NCBI GenBank assembly: GCA_963762565.1
Contig: CAVXLD010000011.1
Location: 96,001-160,000 of the forward strand
Direction of reading: 5' to 3'
DNA: 64,000 nucleotides
Source of the DNA: an uncultured Verrucomicrobiae bacterium
Lineage (GTDB): Bacteria; Verrucomicrobiota; Verrucomicrobiia; Chthoniobacterales; JAFAMB01
A program made the position numbers and the translations under genes. Of this stretch, positions 40,901 through 47,727 are shown piece by piece (the first letter of the stretch is position 1; each line of letters opens with the position of its first letter). The notes below the pieces were generated by a model that ran no database searches, had not been told where the DNA came from, and saw only the letters and a program-made list of their open reading frames with translations.

Positions 40901-41271
40901 GCGCCTTGCCATTCCGCGTTTTTGCCCGTTGCGATTTGTAGTCCGCCGGTGGTTAAACCGTTGGCCACATTGCTCGGTGCGTTCAAAGCTGCGTTCCGGG
41001 CTGCCTGCTGCATGGCTTGCACCGATTTCATCGCTTCCGCTGCCCGAGTCAGGATGTTGTTAGCGTTGTTCTGCAGCTGACTCATCGCTGCTTGATTCCC
41101 GCCATAGTAGCTGCTGGCCGCAGGACTGTTCGACCAGCCGGTGTTACCACGGAGAATGTCGCCGGCTTTGGCGGCAGCGCCGAGGGCGGAATAGCAAATA
41201 GCGAATAGCAGATAGCAAATCGAACCGCGAATGAACACGAATGAACACGAATTCGATTGCCTGGATGACAT
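28960..41271 (-). CDS. Giant filamentous haemagglutinin-family TpsA exoprotein with C-terminal DUF3739 (PdtA-like)
   Basis: TPS domain (LNWQTFNVG, PSQILGSIKAQGQVYLINQNGIIFG), beta-helix repeats, DUF3739-like GDINAG...GAGIGTL...GTINAGEAGIR; start ATG 41271 or 41316. Confidence 0.93.
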   Translation of the reverse strand: MSSRQSNSCSFVFIRGSICYLLFAICYSALGAAAKAGDILRGNTGWSNSPAASSYYGGNQAAMSQLQNNANNILTRAAEAMKSVQAMQQAARNAALNAPSNVANGLTTGGLQIATGKNAEWQGANQPTQSVSNGQTTVTIQQTASQAILNWQTFNVGKNTTVDFNQSGGGAVANTWVALNRILSGTPSQILGSIKAQGQVYLINQNGIIFGGASQINVGTLLAAAARITDSQFTTDGIYTAVNSNSSLGSPSFTGGLGSVIVDLGAQLVTNAPLRTGDRGGSVILLGRSVENAGSITTADGQTVLAAGKEFSLLPGYSIIPGTSSVSSSAGNETSTTLGAEVQVTSGGTTLNTGVIEATTGDITMVGHQVTQSGIIIATSSVDQRGTIHLLTSTSEVTGSVTLAPGSITYIAPDPNSSTALDPQQTAAYTEDIAYSNAKPLLNDQVLLPDLVGISRIEITTGGMVDFANGSLTSATAGQIVVYAGKRVFVGNGAKLDVSGLVNVSLPMSDNNLAVNIQGFELRDAPDNRDTQSLFNNTVYVDLRQLVEVPANSSYNAPYNTENRYYTPGGLLEVSGELNNVGHSIDEWDTIGGAITLSANQVVAQKGSVFDIAGGSIQYQGGYLKESYVIASDGRIYNVNTAPAGLTYIGVFNGFVVNHPRWNVTETYANVITQPSQIYVPGYTEGRDAGTLTINARTSIFEGTIDAQTVDGPQQDSARPSTVTDPFLLTESTVTLNGSLVLGPESQVNNGFPYSSNVVFGDNNSSLTANLTATSPINSNLFNTNTFSASQINSAQLGGLRIHVEAAVPKSKSGASHPDDASSSANNIPRGAKGYLTIADPLAFANGAQISLTAANVVIDGTITAPDGSVSIDAVSYNQSANVPSTKPARAIAGITLGPDIVIDTAGLWTNGFLDPTDITGEAYINGGNVTLSSNQGITLSNGSLIDASSGAAILPNRKTLDGSGGNISIEADQVGNVSVTSKHAKRTLLTVAQAVSRGALVLDGTIESYGVKAGGALALQAYSVVIGDGITVAKADQLVLPTSFFSQGFSSYTIHGMESLTVAPGADINVTEPVYQFSAASYKIPTGASITTAMGNPLLMPVYVGDPDTATVTQRPGASLSLLAGVNGNLVATSNVGAGGTINIGAGSTIYVDPGQSIDIEGAGQITVDGKLRAPSGSIEIVNYRPLGGVGGTGKTISYEPHGLSIWIGSDSTLDVAAQAFVALDRFGRPYGLVPNGGSIVLGSTGGTQSASPGDYTEVTSTDAFVIIRPGAILDASGASAVLDLNAGANPTESLGGTSVSIVQRDPVYAASNGGSISLSSYDGIYIDGKLEAAAGGPGGAGGTLAITFAGPIYQVLPPFAGNDNDANALVPDNLRTPRTIVIGQDPVPSALPSSLEPGTENSNLKVGYAYLSANTVTEGGFANLSLFAANSILFKGNVTLSAPESVELSAVSLADTSRHAQVVIAAPYVLLTTPTAQYQGEPEPGYGYGVYLTTGLSALYPSNAPQGESYGRADLTIEADLIDLGSAAFGDFETPGPNTAYLGKTINYPGFKDVNFVSQGDIRFLSDASVTSPGSFTFTAAQLYPVSGASNAKVIAGDIPVLNGAAQPFAPGTSISISRISNVDPAVPQSVFGQLTFEAKTINQGGIVRAPLGSLIFGTNPTIGNSQATKAVNFLPGSITSVSANGLTIPYGGTTDGVIYNVNGQTFTTGDVIDATFAATRGITLEGYSVSVSHGALLDLSGGGKLFGEGFISGRGGSLDVLSTALINQNPSYTFSASGNAVYAIVPGVQTYAPATVDTNTGYTGSMPSIGQQITIPAGVPGLPAGTYILMPANYALLPGAFRVELGGRGNTNQPPVLSLDNGSFEVDVNEGAANTSFQNALPNEAIITPASAVETYSEYDLETYSAVAVSQAQKFNQPRPVLPVDASTLTLNLTPSPEPESQLTFAGTADFEPAPAGYSGTLVISGAGGSGSQNIEITGAGAIPTKGWISLNASAVDAIDAPNVYIGGYLALSTQGSFEVNFVANAAEVAIRTSAILRGADVTLIAQGKDGITVESGAIIDTLGRGNPAFDSSSGYFFTNSYAAQNAIYAVLAVSNGYLDIQPGLGNATGPITVDNGASILSDGTIAFATSAGLNLGEEANYGAKYIGFAATDINIGTPASLAAAQQNGTLPVGLLLDQSLLDQLLAGDPASGAPALQMLTLSASQSINFYGTVNINTLDPATGRSTLQELVFDSPAVYGAGTGTNSVTITTSTLIWNGLAQLGLAPGTSNTIVYTNTPPGPVIAGGPGTGSGTLNIVANEIIFGYAPQDERQNITSLDRLVLGFSTVNLTATQEITANSKGSFSVYLAETGPGTYTNGNLNLITPLLTGEPGSVLSYKTGGALMLMPPAGAQPATVMSDSLGAEIDLSADTITDSTSVLAASGKVTLTANGDISLNAGSQIDVSGLTVAMFDQKVSTFGGDVSLESTTGNITQDTSSIINVSAIGDNAGSLTITATGTSAGQVTLGGTLLGSSTGNFNAGSFDIRAQNAGDFTMLNQLLDTGGFFYSRSFDIKQGSITIAKGTTIMAHIVDISVDNGSLIVAGTIDASGATPGTIRLSAGGNLEVASTGVLDVHNTVLQVDSYGQAIDAENRGVIELTVEDGSNTSVTTLNNGTGSLLLDAGATIDMSSPDGIDRGDLELNVPRTGVTSGNVRIVANGQVNITGAQTIALNAFWTYAPTDPNGTIVQSAGTGAPNGAIILDQVSQDSTTFINTALSNGSLAALSGLTAYTQAFHLRPGVEIVSATPNGNLTVVGDIDLSEYRYPSVNPNSQLNLNYYGSGEPGVLILRAGGNLNVDGSINDGFAPLNLNGMTYPDENGWVLFANKATLSNVVVETGVTLFDGTKFANDPVSLSYAISINPAKLNPNVVIPVMVTLSAQATVSTPFIATATITLPDGLVFHAGQTVPAGTQLLAGTTLASGSVLPVSIAINAVTWPAGAPLSDFSGPVTMTGPSITLAAGDLFPVGSTPKFATGVQSVATRPPSGTSGIQGQVYAVEPMLPLGPNGQVPLSWSIQLIAGADTGAADTRVLQAQSALNGSGNLVLDDPHYDLASNTPIFSVIRTGTGYLDLLAGGSFVEDSLYGIYTAGARTPTITAADGGSFDLPRGNYQGSILGSNYASSVYEYIASNDYQAYYPAGGGNVLVLAQGDITGFSVTGLNGIYSATYNVSNWLWTQGGSLIGQHAAWWINFGTYAPNDTGAPFVAGFTGIGALGGGNVMVSAGGNAGVMAFSSNTETSGSLVIAIGATGRVVSINGSGGGDLVETGGGNVTVEIGETLNPVAVGYGNAIDPGFSGGTFVNLRGNLNIQAGSIGGIDLVYGQSGTGDSRPTGVSTAAVYSYAFGGPQLIPGDATIQIQVRGDLVLGNATDAGIINPFSVVNTTEGTETADPSNQGLANSFFSLWTAATSIEGLSAGGNIVPNAVNSSESGNQGLFPATLRLFATSGSVYAGLSSPLELAPSPNGQLEILAEQSIYAEAGSGSVSGQIFEISGASTAAGSLPSPFDPAFYLLSTMGHTPGTALTSLMALAWNTIPATTPPHDNPTLFAFELDSASGTLHANDNAPALIYAVTGDIVGLQFGQLTTTSFGGQTVPEYIGAKAVDIRAGDDIVNFGQSSSSPSFILNNSKTDVSVVSAGNEILFANVDIAGPGNLEVSAGGNVYQGDQGNIVSIGLIGAPKIKNPDGGAGIIVFAGVGSEGPNWEGFANFYLNPANLANPNQLLVDQPGKVVQTYQHQLLTWLQQNYSYTGSSTGALAYFESLPIEQQSIFLLQVYFSELNQSGLEYNDPTSPFYQSYLQGQEAIATLFPTTGAKNGQKITYNGSLTMFSGQAGDSSILTDFGGGITTLVPGGQTIVGVTGVTPGAHAGILTQGSGDINMYSEGSVLLGESRILTTYGGNIVIWSGAGDINAGIGAKGTVIFAPPGIVYDDYNDIILSPTSPSSGAGIGTLDPIPDIPAGNVNLIAPEGTINAGEAGIRASGNANLAARVIVNAANISVSGKTTGIPTVVSPNVAAVTAASNAAGANTNAANEVAKQQANQAEQQPESVIIVEVLGYGGGDSSGD

Positions 41272-41509
41272 GGCGCAATGCTTGGTTCGCCCTGCGTCGA
41301 GTCTAGCTGGATGCATATCTATAAGCTTTGAATTGTATTATGCGGGATTTCGGAATGCGCCGCGCTTAAATGAGTTTCTCGCCGAGGTCTGCTCAGACGA
41401 ACTAATCCCGCTCCGGACCCGCCTAATTCGCGTCTATTCGCGTCCATTCGCAGTAAACTTTCCGACCTTTGTGCTGAATCCCGACCAATCACGAATCACC
41501 AATCACCTG

Positions 41510-42040
41510 TCACTTCTCTTTATTCCCAAAGCCAACTACCGTGGCCTTGATCAGAGACGGATTTTCTTTTGGCTTGGTGATGGACCGCTGAAACTTCTCT
41601 AGATCGGTGATCGAGTTACTGGTTGCTCCCATCGCGGCGCCGGTTAGCTCGTGGGTATTGATCTGTTTCGGTCCACCGAAGATGATGCCGTTGGCATCGA
41701 TCACATAGATTTGCCCATCGGAGTGGACGGTCGCCAGGACCTGGCTGGGCACCGCTGCCGGATTGTTACTGACGTTGATCATGACGCCGCCGCCGCGAAT
41801 ATTACTCGCCTGGTAGGTCTGGGTGGCGGTTTGAAGCGCCTGCACGGCCTGGTTCGCTTGCGCCTGATTAGCGAGCGCCGCGTGCTGCGCCGCTAAGCCA
41901 GGGTTACTGATCTGTTTAAGAATATCGCCTGTGCCGGCATCTGCGATCGTTACCGCTGACAACCAAAGCCCAAGAACCGGCCCTATCGAACCGCCGAAAA
42001 AGCCGGCGATCCCGGCCGTTCTGCCTCTCATTGAGTTCAT
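41510..42040 (-). CDS. Miniature TPS-domain protein
   Basis: Signal peptide, GDIL, PSQVLATVHSDGQIYVIDANGIIFGG, C-terminal PSLIKATVVGFG. Confidence 0.78.
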   Translation of the reverse strand: MNSMRGRTAGIAGFFGGSIGPVLGLWLSAVTIADAGTGDILKQISNPGLAAQHAALANQAQANQAVQALQTATQTYQASNIRGGGVMINVSNNPAAVPSQVLATVHSDGQIYVIDANGIIFGGPKQINTHELTGAAMGATSNSITDLEKFQRSITKPKENPSLIKATVVGFGNKEK

Positions 42041-42189
42041 AAAAATTGATCTAACCTCTGTTCTTGCCGGGCAGCGCCGCATCGTCCCTGACGCTGGATG
42101 AAAACACACGGTTAAAAGCCGGGCGCGAAGGCACCAGCAACCGTCTCTTAGAGGTTATCGGTCGCTAGGAGTTGCCTCAATCCGCGAAT

Positions 42190-42662
42190 TGTCACAATCG
42201 TGTGACATTGGGCACAACCATGGAGCGCCGCCGCGCTTGCAAGGCCGCGGCCTCCGTTCTCGGCGATGGATGAAGACTGATCAATCGATCCCCGAATCCG
42301 TCATTGCGCAGCGCGACAGCGGCCGTTTTCCAACAGCCTGTTAAATTAGCCAGCAGAGGAGACGCGCGCCGAATGTTACATTTGTGTAACAATCGGACCC
42401 TCTAACCGCAAAGTGAGATCGAGCTCTACTTACCTTGATCTTAACTAGCCGCCGCGATTTTCCAGAAAAACTAACAAATTCCGTCGACTTCGTTTAGTTG
42501 GGAACGAGATTAAAACCAGACTAGATTGATAGAGTTTTTACAATGTTAGAGCTAAGCGCAATTCGGCACATATAATATCCAACTTTCTAACCACAGAACT
42601 CGCTCAAATTCAGTGGGTTCCGCGTCACGTGCTTGGCGCAACTTTGTGACGCAAATGTAACC
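42190..42662. promoter_or_regulatory. Three TGTNAC-N5-TGTRAC sites (Pho-box-like) in divergent promoter region
   Basis: 42190-42207, 42374-42391 and 42645-42662, each with 11-bp half-site period. Confidence 0.55.
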
Positions 42663-42790
42663 ATACGCTAGTTGTTCCGAGCTTGATTACGGCGAAGGTA
42701 GTGGCCCGATCAGTCGTACGCATTCGGAAGGCACGGATGGGTTCTTCGGGGTGCCGCTTCTGACGGGTTAACCCTAGCTCGTTTAATACA

Positions 42791-44125
42791 TTGAAAACGA
42801 TAAAAATCACACTGGCGGGTCTACTCGCCTTAACGCTCGTCTGTGGGGCTTCTGCTGCCACGACGGTATTACATATTACCGGTTCAACGGCTTACCGGGG
42901 TGCGACCCTGGTAGCCATATCAGAGATTCTGCAACCGGGCTATAAGGTGGCCTATGTGGCCAGCGCCGCTGAGGCCTACTCTAAAGCGAACATGGTGCTC
43001 TTCACCGGTACGACAACCTCGGGTCTCACCGTTGAGATCAAGACCGCTTTCTTCGGATCGATCGGTGGCGTGTGCAACGTCGCCGGCGGACTGACGATTG
43101 GACCGGGAGGAACTGCATATACGGATGGCCAAACCATCGGCTGGTTGTCGGACACGAATCCGACGGCCACAGGTAGCGTAACATTCTCGGGCGGTACCTA
43201 TACGGTCAGCGGCGGACAGAACGTCACGGCAGCGGCAGCGATATTTGACAGCCCAGTCGTGGCCGATTGCACCATGTCTGACTCCTTCCAAGCATCCGCT
43301 CCGAAGACCTATCGTACCCCTGCACTCAGCGGTAAAATCGTTGGTGTAGTGCCGTTTGTTTGGATGTGCAGTCCGGGCACTACGGCCGCCGTTGGAACGG
43401 TTAGCGATATGTCCTCTGCCAACGCTCAGTCGCTCTTAGCCGGTACGCTTACGCTCGGCGATCTCACGGGCAATAGCGGAGACACGGTGGCCGTTTTGTG
43501 TGACGGTCGTGACCAGGATTCCGGTACCCGCGTTGCCGCTTTGGCGGATTGCGGTTACGGAGTCTTCACGAAGGTGATTCAGTATCAACCGCTGTTCGAT
43601 GGGGCCACTAAGGCGACCGTTCCTCCTCCTACGCCGCCGAGCCCGACGGGGAACAACATCACAGGAGCTGCAAAATGGCCCAAAACCTCCTCAGTTGACT
43701 CCGTTCCTTCTCCGATCGGAAACTCGGGTTACAATAGCGGCGGTCTGGTCGCCGACGCGATTTTGGTCCCGTCTGCGTATCCGAAGTGGTTCGTCGCGTA
43801 CCTCGGCGAAAACGATGGCGTCACGGCGCTGGGGAATACCGCCAACTTTGTGTTAACGTTCAATGGCGGTTCCTTGACCTACAACGGCACGAGCTGGGAT
43901 AACTCGGGGGTTGAAGGCGGTTCGTACACTTTCTGGGGCTACGAACACTTCCTCTACCTCTCTTCCTTGGCGGGAAACCCCTTGAAGGTTGCTGACCTTA
44001 TCAAGAACGAGATTCTCAATGATACCGCGATCGCCTCCGGTGTGGCAATCTCGAGTATGACCGTTCATCGGGACAAAGATGGCGGCGCCATCCTCCCGGG
44101 TGGCACTCCTCCGAACAAGCCTTAA
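42791..44125 (+). CDS. Secreted PstS/DING-like periplasmic-binding-protein-fold protein
   Basis: Signal peptide; ITGSTA, GRDQDSGTR and YTFWGYEH match PstS-family motifs. Confidence 0.7.
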   Translation: MKTIKITLAGLLALTLVCGASAATTVLHITGSTAYRGATLVAISEILQPGYKVAYVASAAEAYSKANMVLFTGTTTSGLTVEIKTAFFGSIGGVCNVAGGLTIGPGGTAYTDGQTIGWLSDTNPTATGSVTFSGGTYTVSGGQNVTAAAAIFDSPVVADCTMSDSFQASAPKTYRTPALSGKIVGVVPFVWMCSPGTTAAVGTVSDMSSANAQSLLAGTLTLGDLTGNSGDTVAVLCDGRDQDSGTRVAALADCGYGVFTKVIQYQPLFDGATKATVPPPTPPSPTGNNITGAAKWPKTSSVDSVPSPIGNSGYNSGGLVADAILVPSAYPKWFVAYLGENDGVTALGNTANFVLTFNGGSLTYNGTSWDNSGVEGGSYTFWGYEHFLYLSSLAGNPLKVADLIKNEILNDTAIASGVAISSMTVHRDKDGGAILPGGTPPNKP

Positions 44126-44166
44126 TCGGCCGAATTCGGTTCGATCAAAAATCCGTTGTTAACGTT

Positions 44167-44203
44167 GATCGCTCTGGTACCGCTACCAGAGCGATCTTTT
44201 TTT
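44167..44203 (+). terminator. Intrinsic terminator
   Basis: 13-bp stem GATCGCTCTGGTA/TACCAGAGCGATC followed by T7. Confidence 0.9.
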
Positions 44204-44475
44204 CGGGAAAGGGGTCCGCAGATTACGCAGATTTTATTCATTTTGTTTCTTCTGCGGGGTTCTCATGATTGGCCCTGCTAAATCTACTATCGGAGAATTT
44301 GTGTAATCTGCGGATCGTTGCTCTGGGTTCGAGGGACAGTGCCCAAGTCATCCAAGGGTTTTTGCCCGGCGGCTGAGAGTGTGGCGATCGGCGGATACCG
44401 CTTGCCGGCAACCCCCTTCCACATCTCCTTGCACTCGTGCAACGCCCTGCTACTGTGCCGTTCCTCATTGAAGTG

Positions 44476-44549
<74 letters not shown>

Positions 44550-44780
44550 TTCTTTAGTGATTGGTGAGAAGTGAGAGGTGAGAAGTGATTGGTGGGGATC
44601 GTTCGATCCTTCGCTTCGTTGATACAGCGTCCCCGACCTATTAGTCCTATCGGTCCCATAGGTCCTATTCGTACCACGCCCTTGGTAGGCCCTCGCTCCA
44701 AAATCCGTTGCCGCCCCTGGCCCTTCTTTGCAGTTGCAAACTCCTTCCAACGCGCCATCTTTGCGGCTCTCAGAATAAAT

Positions 44781-44854
44781 CGGGCCGTAGCACAGCTTGG
44801 TAGTGCGCTTGAATGGGGTTCAAGAGGTCGTGGGTTCGAATCCCGCCGGCCCGA
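44781..44854 (+). tRNA. tRNA-Pro(GGG)
   Basis: CGGGCCG/CGGCCCG acceptor, CTTGA-ATGGGGT-TCAAG anticodon arm, GTTCGAATC; no encoded CCA. Confidence 0.95.
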
Positions 44855-44957
44855 GATTGCGAAACGGCGAACGGGCGCGCCAGCGTATCGGCGAGAATTG
44901 AAATCCTATGCAGTTGCTTGGCGTCTATTCGCGGCTAGTCTTGATCTTCCTGGAATC

Positions 44958-45719
44958 ATGATCGGCAAAGGACCTGGCAGTTTCTTGGATCGCTCCACCG
45001 TGATTGCGTTGTCGGCGTTCGTGGCGTTGTCGGCGTTGACGGTGCTTTCCTTAACAGCGTTAGCTCAAACCCAAGGCACGCCCACGCCGAGTCCGAGCCA
45101 ATCACCTTCTCCCAGAGTTAAGATACCGCTGCCCCCCAAACCCTATGCCACAGGGTACGGATCGAAGCCGTCTCCCTCGCCAAGTCCTTCGGTCCAACTG
45201 CCGCCCGATCTGTTACCGAACCCCCAGAGTCCACCGATCCCAACCCCGCCTCCGCCGGCCACGAACGACCTCTTGCCGGAAAACAAACCAGCTCCCACAC
45301 CGGTAGGGCCGCAACCGACCGAGCCAGATCTCCTACCCTCAACCCCGACACCTGGCCCGTCGCCTTCCGGGTCTGCTTCGGCCGAAGCTAAAGAAACCCC
45401 GACCCCGAAAAAGCTGGCGGAACAAGTTTTGAAGGAAAAAATGCGGTTCCGGCAGATTGAATCCGCAGCGGAACGTGATCCGCACGCGATCGAACTGTGG
45501 AGCACCGCCAATAAGCAATACACCATGGAATACCGCCGGGAGTGGCAACGGCTCTATTACGTGTACGTTTGCGATCTCATGCGCAAACTCGATCCGAGTC
45601 TTTCCGAATTGATCAACAATTGGGAAGCGACCCATCTCAGTGCGCAGTCGGTGCACAACAGCAAACCCACGGTACCCAGCGACGAACTGCGCGGCCCAGC
45701 GGAAGAACAAAGCCGGTGA
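44958..45719 (+). CDS. Exported proline-rich hypothetical protein
   Basis: ATG 44958, signal peptide, Pro/Ser/Thr-rich region, helical C-domain. Confidence 0.75.
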   Translation: MIGKGPGSFLDRSTVIALSAFVALSALTVLSLTALAQTQGTPTPSPSQSPSPRVKIPLPPKPYATGYGSKPSPSPSPSVQLPPDLLPNPQSPPIPTPPPPATNDLLPENKPAPTPVGPQPTEPDLLPSTPTPGPSPSGSASAEAKETPTPKKLAEQVLKEKMRFRQIESAAERDPHAIELWSTANKQYTMEYRREWQRLYYVYVCDLMRKLDPSLSELINNWEATHLSAQSVHNSKPTVPSDELRGPAEEQSR

Positions 45720-46181
45720 GAGGTGAGAAGTGATTAGTGAGAGGTGAGAAGTGATTGGGGGGGCGCCACCCGTGGAGCGTTGCCTCGCTTGCGAGGCCGT
45801 GGTGAGCAGGGGAAAATCGTTTGACGAGACCTTTCGTTTTTCTACGCTCTGTATCACGCTGATCGAGGGTTTGTAGTGGTATTCGCGCTGTGTACGATGA
45901 AGTCGCGGAATTTTGTGCCGTCTCTCCTTTTCACGATAGAGCGCAGCCGGGGTAATCGGCGTACTAGAATGATATCTCGCTGTTCGCCATCGGCCTCGCA
46001 AGCGAGGCACGCTCCACGGGTGGGACCCCATTGTTGGCATTGCCGGCGATGACGGCGATGTCGGCGCTTTGTTGAGGATTTCACCTTTAAATCTGCGTGG
46101 GAACGTCTATCTAAGCTTTCCAGCTCGTCTGGCCGCAGGTTTGTGCGGATGGCGAGCAACCTTCGCTAATGAGAGAGTATT

Positions 46182-47207
46182 ATGAATCCTAGGAAACGAA
46201 CTTTTGTCGCTTTGTTACAATGGACTGTCGCAGTTATCGCATTCGCGGCCGTCGCTCATGCCGACCCGATCTCCGATCTACGGTCGGTTTCGGTGTTCAA
46301 GGATGCGGACCTGGCCAAATTGTCGGGAGGCGACATTCTAGCTAATCGCGGGCCGACGATGCGGTTTTCGCGCGGTTTGTCGGTCGAAAGCGCTTTCATT
46401 GTGCGGGCACCGGTTAAGACCACGCTTGGGCTGTTACAACAATGGAATCCGACCCGCCATTCGGAGCTCAAGGTTTACATAAGCGGAGATCTTTCCGGAA
46501 AAGGCCCGAGCGAGTTTCAAAGTCTGAGCACTGCGCCTGGCAATTCGTCGGTGAAAGCTTTCGTTGAAGCCACGGAAAAACTCCCTGGCGATCCATCAAA
46601 ACTCCAGCTCAACAATGCTGAGGCGAAAGAATATGTTCCGGCCTCCGAAACGGAAACAATTCCGGCATCTGTGGTCACCTTTTGGAGCCAAGTGTTGGCG
46701 CAGCGAGAGAAAAGCTTTCTGTCTGGCGGTTTGTCGTCGCAACCTGCCTATCAGACGGGCGGCGGTAACATCGTGGCGGCTGAGGAGATCGCCGCTTTGT
46801 TGAAAGAGAGTCCTAGCGCACGCACACAGTTCGCGCCCTTGATTTCAAGCACCGCGATCGGGGGAGGCCGAGGTTCGGTGACTCCGGGATTGTACTGGCA
46901 GCTATTCGATGTCGAAGGCCAAGCCGCGGTGAGCCTGGACGCGTTTTATGCCCGGCCGGCCGGCGATGGCTGGCAAACCGCGGATCTGGGATACTACGGC
47001 AGCGGCGGTTTCTATGCGTTGGTCACATTCAACCAGCTTTGGCCAATCCAGGTAAATGGCAACGATGCAACCCTGGTTTGGCGAGTCGATTTAACGTCTG
47101 CTTCGGCGTTAAGTGAGCTTCGAGGTGTTGAACGCCTGGGTTCGGGCGCCGCCATGATGCGCGAGGTGCAAAAAGGCATTAAGGCGTTTCTTAGAGACGT
47201 CCGGTAG
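46182..47207 (+). CDS. Exported hypothetical protein
   Basis: Signal peptide ending AHA; 341-aa ORF. Confidence 0.8.
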   Translation: MNPRKRTFVALLQWTVAVIAFAAVAHADPISDLRSVSVFKDADLAKLSGGDILANRGPTMRFSRGLSVESAFIVRAPVKTTLGLLQQWNPTRHSELKVYISGDLSGKGPSEFQSLSTAPGNSSVKAFVEATEKLPGDPSKLQLNNAEAKEYVPASETETIPASVVTFWSQVLAQREKSFLSGGLSSQPAYQTGGGNIVAAEEIAALLKESPSARTQFAPLISSTAIGGGRGSVTPGLYWQLFDVEGQAAVSLDAFYARPAGDGWQTADLGYYGSGGFYALVTFNQLWPIQVNGNDATLVWRVDLTSASALSELRGVERLGSGAAMMREVQKGIKAFLRDVR

Positions 47208-47208
47208 G

Positions 47209-47462
47209 CCCGTGGAGTGTTGCCTCGCTTGCGAGGCCGAAGGGGTCGCCACCCGTGGAGCGTTGCCTCGCTTGCGAGGCCGAAGGGGTCGCCACCCGTG
47301 GAGCGTTGCCTCGCTTGCGAGGCCGAAGGGGTCGCCACCCATGGAGCGTTGCCTCGCTTGCGAGGCCGAAGGGGTCGCCACCCATGGAGCGTTGCGTCGC
47401 TTGCGAGGCCGAAGGGGTCGCCACCCATGGAGCGTTGCCTCGCTTGCGAGGCCGTGGTGAAC
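47209..47462. repeat. Tandem array of six 43-bp REP-family-B units
   Basis: Units start at 47209, 47252, 47295, 47338, 47381, 47424; no unique spacers; inverted partner at ~47603-47647. Confidence 0.95.
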
Positions 47463-47727
47463 AGGTGGTGGAATGCGTTGATCGGCCTGAATCTCTATCG
47501 TCGCTCTGCAATTCGCGATAGGCCTCCTTGCTGCTGCCCCAATACGAGGAGCGCGACAGAGCGTAGACTACAGTGGGCGTTCCGAGCGATTACCCCTGCT
47601 TACCACGGCCTCGCAAGCGAGGCAGCGCTCCACGGGGTGACGCCCCCTTCCGACATTGCGTAACGCCCGGCCTTGCAAGCATGGCTGGGCAGGGATAGGG
47701 TCGAGCCTCCTAGAGAATTTTACTGTT

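Noticed and set aside
29051..41208. Many short plus-strand ORFs within tpsA and other long genes
   Set aside because: Antisense shadows with no recognisable motifs
28960..41271. CdiA contact-dependent toxin
   Set aside because: No VENN/pre-toxin motif or immunity gene; the C-terminus is DUF3739-like
44589..44957. N-terminal extension of the 376-aa ORF
   Set aside because: Overlaps tRNA-Pro(GGG) and repeats; ATG 44958 gives a proper signal peptide
47209..47462. CRISPR array
   Set aside because: Units are directly tandem with no unique spacers, no cas genes are present, and the unit is a dispersed REP-like palindrome
47012..47663. Several overlapping repetitive ORFs
   Set aside because: Translations of the 43-bp tandem repeat
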